Source: Octopus sinensis (lineage: Eukaryota). Taken from it: a stretch of 64,000 nucleotides of DNA. Below, in pieces: positions 1 through 12,700 of the stretch. Where the stretch lies: assembly GCF_006345805.1 (NCBI RefSeq), contig NC_043003.1, positions 98,642,001 through 98,706,000 on the forward strand, given 5' to 3'. The notes beneath the pieces are model-generated. The model ran no database searches. It had not been told where the DNA came from and saw only the letters and a program-made list of their open reading frames with translations. The translations under genes were made by a program, and so were the position numbers. Position 1 is the first letter of the stretch. Every line of letters starts with the position of its first letter.

Positions 1-251
1 GCGGAACCTAATGCTATGTTTTTTAAGACAAACATCTTCAAAATTTTGCAAAATGCATGAAGCCCAAATTAGTGAAATACAGAAAAGGACAACAACCCTC
101 TTTGTTGTGACAACCTTAGAAACTTTATATACTAAAAATTGCAAAAAAGTATCAGCATTTGAACATGTAAAAAGACGAAAAAGCAAACGTGAGACTTGAA
201 GCAACGTGTCGCAGTTATTACCGCCGCAACAACAACGACAGCGATAAGAAC

Positions 252-287
<36 letters not shown>

Positions 288-311
288 AAGTATAATAATC
301 ATAATGAGTAT

Positions 312-1303
312 AAGGATTGAAAGGAGAACGCTTGCCGTGTATTTGATAAAGAGTGATGAAGACCTGCTGCAATATGCCTCGAAAGATATGGGTGTAAATG
401 CAGACGAAATGATAAGCAAGGAGGAGTTTTACCAAAGAGCTGAGGAGAAGAGAAAGAAGACCTTGAAATGAGAATGCATGGACAGTTTCAAAGGAATACA
501 CAAGACGTTAAGGATAATACAGCATCGTGGGCATGGCTTGAGCGTGGTAATTTGAAGCGTATCACCGAAAACCTGATCATTGCTGCACAAGAGCAGGTTC
601 TCGCTACCAATTCAGTGAAGTATAACATCTATAAAACTACTGACACCCAGAAATGCAGACTCTGTGGAAAGAGTGTGGAAAATGTGACCCACTTGGTGAG
701 TGGATGTAAGAGCCTTTCAAAAAAAGGAATGCAAGCGCCGCCACGATATAATGTGTGTGTATCTTCATTGGCTCTTATGCCGTAAATACCCAATAGGAAG
801 TAGCAGAGAACCGGTATGAGCATGTACCAAGTAAAGTTATGCAGGAGGGTGGAGAAGTAACGATACTCTGGGACTATGATTTTCAGACGGATCGTGTAAT
901 CGAACACCATCGGCCGGATATTGTCATATTGAATAAGAGAGACAAATACTGTCAGATCATTGATGTAGCCATACGAAATGACATGTACGTTGTGAGTGAG
1001 GTGGTTGAAAAAATCACCAAGTACCCCGAATTGAAAGTGGAAATGGCAAGACTGCATGGAATGCAAGAAGGTAATATAAAAGTGATACCAGTTGTGATCG
1101 GAGCGTTGGGCTCAATCCCATTGAAACTTCAAGATTTCTTAAGGCAACTGGAAATCCCATGCAAACTGATGTCTTGTAAAAAGTAGCTTTATTGGGCAAA
1201 GCGCACATCTTAAAGAAAATATTATCTGTCTGAGGTCCTTCTTGTAACTTGACAGATGACTAAAGACTCCGGTGCAGCTTTATCTACACTGTGTTATGAA
1301 TGA
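312..1303 (+). mobile_element. R4/Dong-clade RLE non-LTR retrotransposon, 5'-truncated ('family E'), frameshifted
   Basis: ORF pieces AWLERGNLKR..ENLIIAAQEQVL, CRLC..ENVTHLVSGC (CCHC knuckle), ILWDYDFQTDRVIEHHRPDIVIL..IIDVA (PD-D nuclease), IPVVIGALG; stop at 1231-1233; short 3' UTR ending in TAA-like tail. Confidence 0.85.
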
Positions 1304-1324
1304 ATAGTAATAATGATAATTATA

Positions 1325-1805
1325 GTGTTAACATGTACATGTTTGTGTTGGTGTAGAAGATAAGTTATACCAAATATTCTACTCAATATCGCAGATTTGC
1401 TTGTCAGTTGCTCGATTACCCGCTGAACATGACTCTTACTGACTGACGGTTTTAGCATCTCTGATCATGAACAGGAGTAGTTGGGAAGTATAATTGCCAT
1501 GTGCTAAGAGGGATTCTTTAGGGTTTAAATAATTCACCTCTGGAAACATGGATGTTTCATTCACCATCTTTAAGCAACCATTATTGAGGGACCTTTTGAG
1601 TGAATTGCGCTCCTCGACCTGAAGAAATTTCTAACTGAGCTTACCTGCAAGGTCATGTGCCGTTTCTTTTCATATGAGGCGCGATATGGTTGTGATGCAT
1701 GTGTCTGGTACTCCCCTATCAAACACGTAGTCATAAGCGGTATATTGGACTACGTATATTTGTATCCCAGTGTAACTTTGATGGTATGCTCTGCTCTCCT
1801 GCTCA
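1325..1805 (+). mobile_element. Non-coding TAA-tailed interspersed repeat ('family D'), diverged and 5'-truncated
   Basis: Aligns by eye to copies at 40531-41032, 56232-56666 and 18165-18274 (gatttgcttgtcagttg, aattcacctctggaaacatgg, tgcaaggtcatg, ctcaataat end). Confidence 0.75.
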
Positions 1806-1892
1806 ATAATGATGATGATGATGATCATGATGATAATAATAATAATGATAATATCAACAACAACAACAACAACAACAACTACAATAATAATG

Positions 1893-1948
<56 letters not shown>

Positions 1949-1949
1949 T
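1806..1949. repeat. Compound (GAT)n/(CAA)n/(AAT)n microsatellite
   Basis: Direct reading. Confidence 0.95.
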
Positions 1950-2122
1950 GGGGGAGAGCATAAGTCGATTACAGTTTTTCATTGGTACTTAATTTATTGA
2001 CCCCGAACGAATGGGAAGGCAAAGTCAACCTCGGCAGAATTTGAACTCTGAACGTAAAGACGTAAGAAATGATGCTAAGCATTTTACCCGGCGTGTTAAC
2101 GATCCTGCCAGCTCGCTGCCTT
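1950..2122 (-). mobile_element. tRNA-derived SINE (octopus OK-like family)
   Basis: Reverse complement starts aaggcagcgagctggcaggatcgttaacacgccggg; B-box-like gttcaaattc; tail ctttgccttccc..ggggtcaataaattaagtacc; same family as 63795-63980. Confidence 0.8.
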
Positions 2123-2526
2123 AATAACAACAGCAACAACAACAACAATAATAAAAACAACAACAACGACATCAGCCTTAGTATATGAAATTGGAGGCTA
2201 AGTGAACTGAAAATGTATAATGAAAAAAATTCAGGTAACTACTGATAGCGTACGGAAGTTACTCCCACTCCTACAAATCAGATAGAGACCAGATATGCTT
2301 ACCCTGATACGAATAGAAAACTATCATAAAATAACGATTGGACTGAAAATAATACTTAATAAAGAAATGCTGGAAGTCTGATAAATCTCATAAGGAAGCA
2401 TGAAAATATCAAAATACTTTCCTTACGAAAAAGGAAACATTAACGTGCAAAATAGAAACAAACTACACTAAAACAAAAAAAAAGTAGAGAAAAACAACAA
2501 CAACAACAAAACTAAAGCAAAAGATG

Positions 2527-3390
2527 TTTCTTTATTAGCCACACAGGGCTGCACACAGACGGGACAAATTACAAGGTAGAGCTTATCTTTTTGGGGATAA
2601 AAAAAGGGGTTTGGTTTTCGATCAAAAGGGATCGTAAAAGGAAAGAAAGAGGAAAGCAAAAAAAAGTGGGGTGGAATAAAAGGAAAAAGAAAAAATCGAT
2701 CAATAGGGATCGTTATCACAGAAATGTCAATATAAAGTGTGAAGGGGAGGACAGGTGAGGTTTACCCGTGGAAAGAAAAGTTTACGGAAAAGACCACGGT
2801 AACCTCGGTCAATGAAGTCACATGTTATATTTTTTTACAAAGCAACTCTCTGTATTAATTTTTATGGTTCATAGGATCATGGTCAAGGTGACTTCGTCAT
2901 TCATACGTGCCATCCTTGCTACATTCACCCATCTTTTTTTAAAACATTCACTAGACAACACTTGCCTCTCTACTCTCAATTTACTCTTCAAGTGATACTT
3001 GAAGAAGTTGATGAGAGATTGACCAGAGAGGAAAGTGTTTGTCTCTAATCCTTTCAGGCGCGTCCACCAGATACATTATTTCGCCATAGCTACTAGTATG
3101 ATAAAAATAGCTCTTCCTTCCCGTTTGAAGGAAGGAGGCGTGACGATGTTAACGATAGACTCGGCTTATAAACCGACACGTCCCACACGTGACACAGTCG
3201 TTCGACATAAGCCCACAAGTCGGAGATTGTTGGAGACTGCACGATTGCGTGCAGAACGGTTTCGTCGCTCTGCCCGCATCTCGGGGAAGGTCGGCCCCGT
3301 GTTTCTCGAGCCATGCCTATAGAGCTTATCCCGAACGGGTAGCGCTTCTCGGTAGCACTGCCAGGCCAGACGTTCGAAAAGATGCTTAAA
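2527..3390 (-). mobile_element. Tx1/L1-clade LINE 3' fragment (zf-RVT/CCHC region plus 3' UTR)
   Basis: Minus strand LAWQCYREALPVRDKLYRHG then (C)PRCGQSDETVLHAIVQ(C)PTISDLWAYVE; 3' UTR ends gcagccctgtgtggctaataaagaaa, shared with 28715-28885. Confidence 0.75.
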
Positions 3391-3514
3391 ATACATGCAA
3401 GGAGAATTATAAAACATAGAAAACGAGAGATACAGGATTTCCTGGAGCGTTCCGCTCTTAAGTGTAAGGATGTGATAAGAACGCCATTTTGAATGCACGT
3501 CCGAATTGAAGATG

Positions 3515-3647
3515 AATACTCTTTTAATTGTTTCAGTCATTTGACTGTGGCCATGCTGGAGCACCACCTTTAGTCCAGCAAATCGACCCTATTCTTTGTA
3601 AGCCTAGTACTTATTCTATCGGTCTCTTTTGCCGAACCGCCAAGTTG
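3515..3647 (-). mobile_element. OR-type CORE-like SINE, 3' half
   Basis: Reverse complement of cggttcggcaaaagagaccgatagaataagtactaggc..ggtgctccagcatggcc..tgactgaaac. Confidence 0.8.
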
Positions 3648-3907
3648 CACTTTGGTTTAAAATGATCGTTATTTACTCGAAAGGGTGCATTATGCATACC
3701 GAATTAATATGAAAGTGGAAATATGTCTGGTTACGAGTTTATACAAATGAATAGTTATCAGTACGATGAACTCTATGTGCATATTTAAGAAATTTATTAA
3801 AATGGCGCAGTTTCTTTCTGTGGGAGGACATATCTCTGGTGGTAAACATCGTCTAAACGACTGAAAAATACAAAATTAGTTTTCATCTATCTCTCTATTT
3901 ACGTATA

Positions 3908-4407
<500 letters not shown>

Positions 4408-4589
4408 GAATGTTTCTTTTATCTTTTCCGTTTTTCTCTCTTCCCACTTTACACACTCTACTGAAAAAAAGTCAATGACCAAAACGGCATAGCAATTATC
4501 TGTTTTCATATCTATGAGCCTCAAATAACTAACTTTCGTAATGATCTAATCCTATCTTGTTTCTTACTGTTGTTGTTTTTGTTGTTCCT

Positions 4590-4900
4590 ATATATATACA
4601 TATCTAGACGCATATATATGCATGCTTACACACATACATGCACACAAACACAAACAGAGCATACTCATGCTCATGTACCATATGTTCATACACATATGCA
4701 TTGTACTGCCATGTATTTCTATATGAAATATATACATTATATATATTATATATACGTACACACACATATATATATATATATATGTATGTATATATTTATA
4801 TGTTCATATACGTGCTTATAGATCCACATGTGTTCATATGTATATATATTATATATATATATATCATATATATATATATATGCGTCCGTATACAATATAT

Positions 4901-4931
<31 letters not shown>

Positions 4932-5042
4932 GCAATATCTATATCTCTCTATACATACAAAATTCAAATATATGTATAATATGCAGTTATATATAACATA
5001 CACATATATATGTATGTACATATGTATATAATATATATATAT

Positions 5043-5091
<49 letters not shown>

Positions 5092-5110
5092 TATACATAC
5101 ACATATATAT
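4590..5110. repeat. (TA)n/(CA)n low-complexity tract
   Basis: Direct reading. Confidence 0.9.
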
Positions 5111-5553
5111 GGTATATTCATGTGTTTATATGTCAAAAATCTATCCCATTTGTCATCATGGTAAACTTAACCATATTCAGTGAGAAGCTGTTTCTTTGAT
5201 TTCGTTACCCGTTAGAGACCAACGCCCTGACTATTAGAATATTCAGTTACTTTATAATGAGAGGTTTGTAACAAACACATTACAAAACAAAAACGAAATA
5301 AAACAAGACAAATATGTAAACAAAAACAAAATCAGTGAGGATTTTAATATCATGAATAAATAAAGATAGAAATAATGATAAGAATAATATAACGACGTAT
5401 ATTTCTCACGTAGATATGAAACCAAAGCTTTGGTATATATATATATATTATATATATATATATATTATATATATATATAGTATACACGTATATACATAAT
5501 ATTATCCCATCTCTCTCATCTCTCTCACTCTCTCTCTCTTCTCTTTCTCTCTG

Positions 5554-5592
<39 letters not shown>

Positions 5593-5619
5593 ACACACAT
5601 ACATACGAGGTGAAATGGG

Positions 5620-5800
5620 AATACATAATTCTCATACCTTTTCCCTGGGGTATTCTTGCAGTAATTGAATTGAATTTAAACTGGATTCGATCCTAGTTTT
5701 CCGACACGTATCAAGAGAGTCTACGCGACAACCATGCTGTCCATATTGTTGCACTAAATTTAACGCTTTCAATCTTGGATACAAGGCTAAAACTTGTTTA
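5620..5800 (-). mobile_element. Possible highly decayed LINE RT fragment
   Basis: Minus strand W-L-S-R-R..S-I-T-A-R-I-P-Q-G resembles the WL..R.Q.V..GVPQG RT block, with stops. Confidence 0.3.
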
Positions 5801-6059
5801 GAGACTAAAGGAGGACCTCTTTTCATGATCGTTGAATGTACTATGAATAGCAAGATAATATACTTCTAATTAACCTTTTAGCCTTCAAATCGAAAATATT
5901 CGGCCAAAATATTTAACTTGTTTTACGTTTAGACTAGCCAGATATGGCTTCTGCCGTCTACCCTATAATTTCATTCTAAAATTAAAAATCACATCATCAA
6001 AATCTCTAAGCTACAAGATAATACAGAATTAATTGTAAATAATAGGAATAAATAAACAA

Positions 6060-6153
6060 TGCGTGCATCTTGGGCAAGTGTCTTCTGCTATAGCCCCGGG
6101 CCGACCAATGCCTTGTGAGTGGATTTGGTAGACGGAACTGAAAGAAGCCTGTC

Positions 6154-6197
<44 letters not shown>

Positions 6198-6420
6198 TAA
6201 TGTGTGTGTATTGTGTTGTGTGTGGTGTGTGTGTGTGTGTGTTTGTTTTTGTCCCCCTGGTGTGTTTTGTGTCCCCGTTACTTAGCGGTTCGGTAAAAGA
6301 GACCGATGAATAAGTACTGGGCTTACAAAGAATAAGTCCCGGGGTCGAGTTGCTCGACTAAAGGCGGTGCTCCAGCATGGCCGCAGTCAAATGACTGAAA
6401 CAAGTAAAAGAGTAAAAGAG
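6060..6420 (+). mobile_element. OR-type CORE-like SINE (5' head missing) with internal TA/TG tract
   Basis: cttgggcaagtgtcttctgctatagccccgggccgacc..gtggatttggtagacgg..ggtgctccagcatggccgcagtcaaatgactgaaacaagtaaaagagtaaaagag. Confidence 0.85.
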
Positions 6421-6699
6421 TAATGCATTTGGCAAAATAATCTGAATGCTAAAGGGTTAAACCTATTTTATAAAAAAATCCCTAGCTTTTGACCTATGAA
6501 GGGATAAATAAAATACAAAAAAATATAGTAATAGTTTCAGTAACTTATTAACTAATTGAATAAATCATGGCTGTCTTAAAAATGTGACCTTATTTGCGGA
6601 CCGACGATAAGTCTCTATACGAACCCTTGATTTCCTAGAAGTAGCAAGTTAATTATCCTCAAATGTCATGGAAGGGAGACATCTTACAGAATTCTTTCT

Positions 6700-6912
6700 A
6701 CTATAGGCACCAGGCCTGAATTTCTTTCTTTTTGGTGGCGGTGAGGGGAGATGTGGAGCTGGTTGATTAAATCGACGACAATTTTCAGCTGGAACTTATT
6801 AATAAAAGCTGAAAGATAAAATCAACTCGGCGGAATTTTATCTCAAAATTTAAAGGCGGACGAAATACTTCCCACTACTTTGTCTAGCATGCTAACGATT
6901 CCGTCAGCTTTT
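6700..6912 (-). mobile_element. Degenerate OK-like SINE
   Basis: Remnants ggcggaatttt..gacgaaatac..catgctaacgattccgtcagc. Confidence 0.55.
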
Positions 6913-7299
6913 TGCTTTAAAAGACGCCTTACCAAATGTAGTTCTAGATGCACTGTAGTCCTAAAAGAGATGACAGCCGGAACATATTTCAATAACTTCT
7001 TGGTTGGATTGGGGCATGCCCTGGAAGCATGAAAACTAAAGGTGACCTCGGCTGTGTTTGAACTAAGAACGCAAAAATATACCAGAAAATACTGCAAAAT
7101 GTTTTGCCCTTCAGTCAAGCGATTCTCTCAATACATCAGCTAACGCTAATCATAATTAATACATATGTCGATATAGCGTATATATTTATTGGGAGAGGTG
7201 TGGTCGTTTGAATTACCTCCAATGAGAAGAGACAGCATCAATTCCAGTAATGTTTTAATAAAAACCCCAAACACATATAATTACATATATATTAGAAAC

Positions 7300-7420
7300 A
7301 AGAACAGGCGTGGATATATAATAAGAAGCTTGCTTCCCAACTACATGGTTCCGAGTTCAGTTCCACCTCGTGGCACCTTGAGCGAGATTCTTGTACTATA
7401 GTGTATATATATGCATGTGT
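7300..7420 (+). mobile_element. OR-type SINE head (left arm of large inverted duplication)
   Basis: aagaagcttgcttcccaactacatggttccgagttcagttccacctcgtggc; inverted copy at 12955-13059. Confidence 0.75.
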
Positions 7421-7532
7421 TTGTATGAGTGTATACATACAGACACACATACATACATACATACATACATACAAAACATACATACATACATATATAATAT
7501 AAATATATTATATATGGTATGTATGTATGGTA

Positions 7533-7574
<42 letters not shown>

Positions 7575-7578
7575 TATA

Positions 7579-7999
7579 TGTCCAAATGGGACACAAACAC
7601 AAAGACACGCGGTTACATACACACCGCAAACACACACACATAACACACTAGAAAAACTACTTCCCCCAAAAAGATTGGTAACATTCTCATAATAGGTTTC
7701 ATAACATTTTTTCAAAATTTATGTTTTTTAAAAATCACCTGTACACTTTAAAAACTATTAATACCCTTGATTTTCAAGCATATATATATATTATATATAT
7801 ATAAGCTTGAAATCAAGGGGTAAATAGTTTTTTAAAGTGTACAGGTGATTTTTAAAAACAAATTTAAAAAATGTTATGAAACCTATTATGAGAATGTTAC
7901 CAATCTTTTTGGGGGAAGTAGCTTTTTCTAGTGTGTTATGTGTGTGTGTTTGCGTGTGTATGTAACCGCGTGTCTTTGTGTTTGTGTCCCATTTGGCCC
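7579..7999. repeat. ~200-bp-arm inverted repeat centred on (TA)n at ~7780-7803
   Basis: 7579-7779 is the reverse complement of 7804-7999 apart from small indels (e.g. ccaaatgggacacaaacacaaagacacgcgg / ccgcgtgtctttgtgtttgtgtcccatttgg). Confidence 0.9.
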
Positions 8000-8095
8000 A
8001 TATATATATATATATATAGATCGCCATGTTGATTCGTTAGCTACTGCACGCATTTTTTTTCTCTCCTTCTTTCTGTGTTTTTCTCTCTCTGTGTA

Positions 8096-8133
8096 TCTTT
8101 CTGTTGAAGAGCGTAGGCTCGAAACGTTAAAGA
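8096..8133 (+). ncRNA. Minimal type I hammerhead-like motif in 5' pLTR (variant core)
   Basis: tcttt-CTGTTGA-A-GAGC(gtag)GCTC-GAAAC-GT-T-aaaga: stem I tcttt/aaaga, stem II 4 bp, palindromic stem III ACGT. Confidence 0.55.
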
Positions 8134-8994
8134 CTTGTTTTATTTATATTTCCTGAGCGCCATACTAATACAATTGTTCGTTTGTTTTCCACCTGCCTTC
8201 GTCTTTTGTTTATTTTCATAAAGCTTCCCGTTATATATTATGCGCTCACGTGGTCTCACTTCATCCTATATTCTACCAATACCACTATCAACACTTACCT
8301 CTACCTTGGATTTTCTTTACCTCTTGGATACTTACCATTGGCTGCACCTCTCTTTCGCGGATCAAAGTGACTTTGCATTGATTGTGAAATCCTTAAAAAA
8401 TATACCACGACGTCTACACATTTCTCACCTTGAACTTTCAACCTTGAACTTGTTCGCATAAACTGTCCCGTTTGTTGTATTTTATTTTCTCTTATATTAC
8501 CACTTTTTTTACATTCATTTCATGCTTCCCACATTTTCCTGAATTTTTGTTCTCCTTTCCGTCTTTCTTCCCTCTCTGGATGTCCATACTCCGTTTCCTC
8601 TGCCTGCACCCCCCTTTTTTTGCTCTCCCCTCTCTCTGCTTCCTTCTTTCTTTCCCTTTTCCCGTTTGCCCCGTCCTTTTCTGCCCCTATCGCTTACTTA
8701 TCTAGTTTTTTCATACGATTTAATTTTTTTTTTTTTTTTGAACGTTTGTTTTTTTCCCCTTTTTTCGCTATCCTTTTTTTCAATTTTTTTCATACGATAA
8801 TTTGTTTTTTTTGTTTTTTTTGTTTTTTCGAACGTTTTTTTTCCGCAATCCCATCATGCCGGACCCTAGGTCCTACCCTCCTCACCCTCCATCACCGTTT
8901 GAAGGATCATCTACGTTCGCTTTCCTGTATATTGCCTTCAGGCGTCCGTTAATAATCTCCTCTCTACTTCTTTTTTAAAAAAACCGCTTCTCTA

Positions 8995-11740
8995 GCCATG
9001 TCTCTTTCCTAAGCCGCTGCCTACATCACCGACTCATCCCTAAGGTTTTCCGCCTCCACTTCCACCCTGCTCTCCACTCGACTCGGATTCTTCCATCTTA
9101 CCCATACTCCGCACCACATCTTCCGCCTTATGCGGGCCACCATTCGCTCCAATCTCTCCAAACTACATGCCATCAACCGCCTTCTTCCTCCTGCTTTCTC
9201 CACCTTCTTCTCACCTCTCTCTGCCTGCCCGCCTCTCTATGCTCCAAACACGCTACGCTTCATTATCCATTTGAATCAACTCTTCCATCAATTTCTTTCT
9301 GATACCAAACTTCGTAAAGTCCAACTCACTCTTTCCATTCCACCCTACCCGACGCCACTACCCCCCCCAACTCCTCCACCACCTTTCTCCCCTCCCGATA
9401 GGCTCCATCCACCACACCTAACCCCACTGCCCCTCCCTACACCCCTTCTCTCTCTCTTCCCCCTCCCGTTAGGCTCCATCCACCTACACCTAACCCTACT
9501 GCCCCCCCAACCACCCCCCACACACCTCCCAATCCCTCCTCCTCCCCCTCAGACCCTCCACGAGACCTACCACCCTCCTACTTCTATTTCCATCCACCCA
9601 CCCCTTCTCCACTTCCGTCTGTTGTTACCATTCCCCCCGATCTTCCCCTCTCTGCGGCTGAACGCTCCGTCCTTGGTAGGGGTCTGCGTTTCATCCCCCT
9701 CATCTCACTCCATCCTGTAAGGAATTCCAGACGCGAGTTGATGTCCACAGCTTTGTGCGCCGTTCCGGTTGGTGCGCATTCCACGACTCGCCACCCACAC
9801 CCCACGAAGAGACGAACTGCTTCACACCTGGCTGGCCGCCGACCATCCCCGTGGACGCCTGCCCCTGGCCAGATCCTAGCAGTGGATCTTTTCGCGGGCG
9901 CTTGTCAGCGTGCATTGGAGCGGTTCAACTTCTCCAGGCGCCAACGCCGCCTCAACATCTCCCCGGCTGAGCTCTTGGCTCTTTCGTTCCCCCCTCCACG
10001 GCGCGCTGACATTATCATCAAACCGGCTGACAAGGGTGGAGCTGTAGTGGTGTGGGGCGCGGACCTCTATAGGCCGAGGCTTTCCGCCAACTCAATGACA
10101 CCCTCCTTCTATTCCCCTCTGCCCTCTAACCCCACACGTAGCTACCAACAGACGGTATCCTCTACCGTCCAAGACCTCATCTCGTCCTCCCGTCTCCCCC
10201 CCGCACCGCATCCAACCTAATTGTGCGAACCCCCACGTACCCCCCCCACCATTTACCCCCCAAAATCCACAAACCCAACAACCCACACCCTGGCCGCCCC
10301 ATCGTCTCCGCCTGTAACTGCCTCACGGAGCTCATCTCTAAATACCTCGACCGTGTCCTTGCCCCCCTAGTGGCATCTCTTCCCTCCCACATCCACGATA
10401 CCAACCATGCTCTCCGGCTTTTCACTCTTCTCTCCTTTCCTCCCGGCTCCTCCAAAATCCTTTTTACTATGGACATCCGAAGCCTCTATACTGTTATCCC
10501 TCACCACGAAGGACTGCAGGCCCTTCGACACTTTCTTGACCTCCGCTCTAAACACCCTGTACCTGACACCTTCCACACTCCTTCGCGAATGGGCCCCAAC
10601 TATTCGAACCTGTTCGTTGGCTATGTTGAGGCCCAAATATTCTCTAATTTCACTGGTCCCACTCCTGAACTATATGGTCGTTATATTGACGACATTATCG
10701 GTGCCACCTCACTCTCCCCGCGAACATCTAGATTCCTTCCTCTCTTTCGTCCAATCTTTCCATCCAGCCCTCCACTTCACTTCCACTATCTCCAACACCT
10801 CTGTCTCCTTCCTCGACATTTCGGTTAGCATTCTTCACTCCACTCTTACCACCTCCATTCACTACAAACACACAGACTCACACTCATACCTCAACTTCTC
10901 TTCCTCCCTCCTCCCACCCCAGAACACCAAGCTTTCCATCCCCTATTCCTTCCCAATCCTCCGTCTACGTAGGCTCTGTAGTGACGACCATGACTTTGAG
11001 ACTCAGTCTCAACGTATGGCTCACCACTTCACCCTACGTGGATACCCCCTCACCACTATTCACACCGCCCTTGCCAGAGCACGGTCCGTGGACCGTGTAT
11101 CTGCTCTCTCTCCCCGAACCCGCCCTGTAGTCTCCCGCCTCCCTTTTCCCCTCACTTACCACCCCACGACCCTACGTCTCCACGCGCACCATTCTTCGAG
11201 CTTTCCGTCATCTCCAGTCCGACACGTCCACTTCACACACTCTTCCCTAACCGACCCCTCCCCCTCTTTCAAACGAGCCCACAACCTTCGAGACCTTTTG
11301 GTCCATAGCTCCTTCCCTGACCCTACCTCCCAACCCGGCTCGTTCCCCTGCTCCCGCCCACGTTGCCGCACTTGCCCTTACCTCTCCCAACACCACCGCC
11401 CCTCACTAGCACCCACCATCGACCCTATCCCATCATCCACTCCTTCACCTGCACCTCCAGCAATATTATCTATTGCAATCTCTTGCTCTCTCTGCAATTC
11501 CTTTGCATCGGACAAACGGGACGCCGCTTGGCTGACCGGTTCGCGGAACACCTTCGTGACATCCACCTTGCGAACGACACACCGGTCTCACGCCATTTCC
11601 ACTCCACCGGTCACTCCTTGCAACACCTATCTGTGTTCGGTTTGTCCTTACACAGAGGCCATCCGGATTCCCGTTTGTCGCCGTGAACAGGAATTAATCT
11701 CCTCTTTCGGTCTTATACGCCATTTGGTCTCACTCTCTCA
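8995..11740 (+). pseudogene. Frameshifted PLE RT-GIY-YIG polyprotein
   Basis: HVSFLSRCL..IP, VLGRGLRFIP, IKPADKGGAVVVW, PKIHKP..PGRPIVS, FTMDIRSLYT.IPH, MGPNYSNLFVG, GRYIDDI, FLDISV, YKHTDSHSYL, CSRPRCRTCP linker knuckle, FTCTSSNIIYC..IGQTGRRLADRFAEHLRDI; part of RT core deleted. Confidence 0.85.
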
Positions 11741-11744
11741 ACTC

Positions 11745-12110
11745 TCCCCCCCTCTCAATCTAACCCCCCCTCTCCCCCTCCCTCACCTATCCTTTCTCCC
11801 CCCCCCCTACTTCTTCAGTCCTTCATCCTTTCACCCACTACTTCCCCTTCCCTTCTTCCCTCTTTCTCCTCCCTCCCTCTGCCCCTTCCCTCTGCTCCCC
11901 CTCCTCTCTCTCCCCCCTCTCTCCCCTCTTCCTCCTTCATCCCCCTCCTCCCTTCCTTCTCCCCATCCTCTCCTCTTCCCTCTTCCCCCCTTCTCCTCCC
12001 CCTCTTCTTCCCTCCCCTTCTTCCCCTCCCCTTCTTCCCCCCTCTTCTCCCCTCCCCCTCTTCTCCCCCTCTTCTCCCCTCTCCCCCTCCCCCTCTCTCC
12101 CTCACTACAC
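11745..12110 (+). repeat. ~365-bp polypyrimidine (C/T) tract in PLE 3' region
   Basis: Almost exclusively C/T on the plus strand. Confidence 0.9.
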
Positions 12111-12149
12111 CACATGACTTTACACATCACATCACATATGATGTGCCAT

Positions 12150-12480
12150 ACTAATACACACCCAACTAATACATACTAATACGTACTAATACATACTAGT
12201 ACATACTAATACTTACACCAACCCTATACATACACACGTCCAGACCCCGCATACGCACTTATACTCTCTCACACACACACACACATACCTATACATACCA
12301 ATACGTACTAATACATACTAATACATACTAATACATACACCAACCCCATACATACGCATGTCCAGACCAATCTTACGCACTAATACTCTCTCATACACAC
12401 ACACCACACACACCCTATACATACTAATACATACACCAACCCTATACATACACACATCCAGACCCCTCCCACGCACTTTT
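12150..12480 (+). repeat. About three degenerate ~115-125-bp tandem units in PLE 3' region
   Basis: Recurring ctaatacatacaccaaccctatacatac..ccagacc..cgcac. Confidence 0.7.
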
Positions 12481-12662
12481 AGCTGGTCCCTCAACCCTTT
12501 TATCAACCATATTATCCCCTATCTATTTCGCTCTCTATTTCGCTCTCGCGTCTCATGTTTGATCTTTGACCTCTGGCCGAAATCAGATCGCCATGTTGAT
12601 TCGTTAGCTACTGCACGCATTTTTTTTCTCTCCTTCTTTCTGTGTTTTTCTCTCTCTGTGTA

Positions 12663-12700
12663 TCTTTCTGTTGAAGAGCGTAGGCTCGAAACGTTAAAGA
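12663..12700 (+). ncRNA. Minimal type I hammerhead-like motif in 3' pLTR (variant core)
   Basis: Identical to 8096-8133. Confidence 0.55.

Noticed and set aside
5632-5853. Minus-strand ORF with AAG|GTATGA donor as a host exon
   Set aside because: An alternative frame gives an RIPQG RT-like motif; more likely a decayed LINE; no recognisable protein.
10407-12179. 590-aa ORF as a host gene
   Set aside because: It is a frame-wandering read through the PLE ORF and its polypyrimidine tract.
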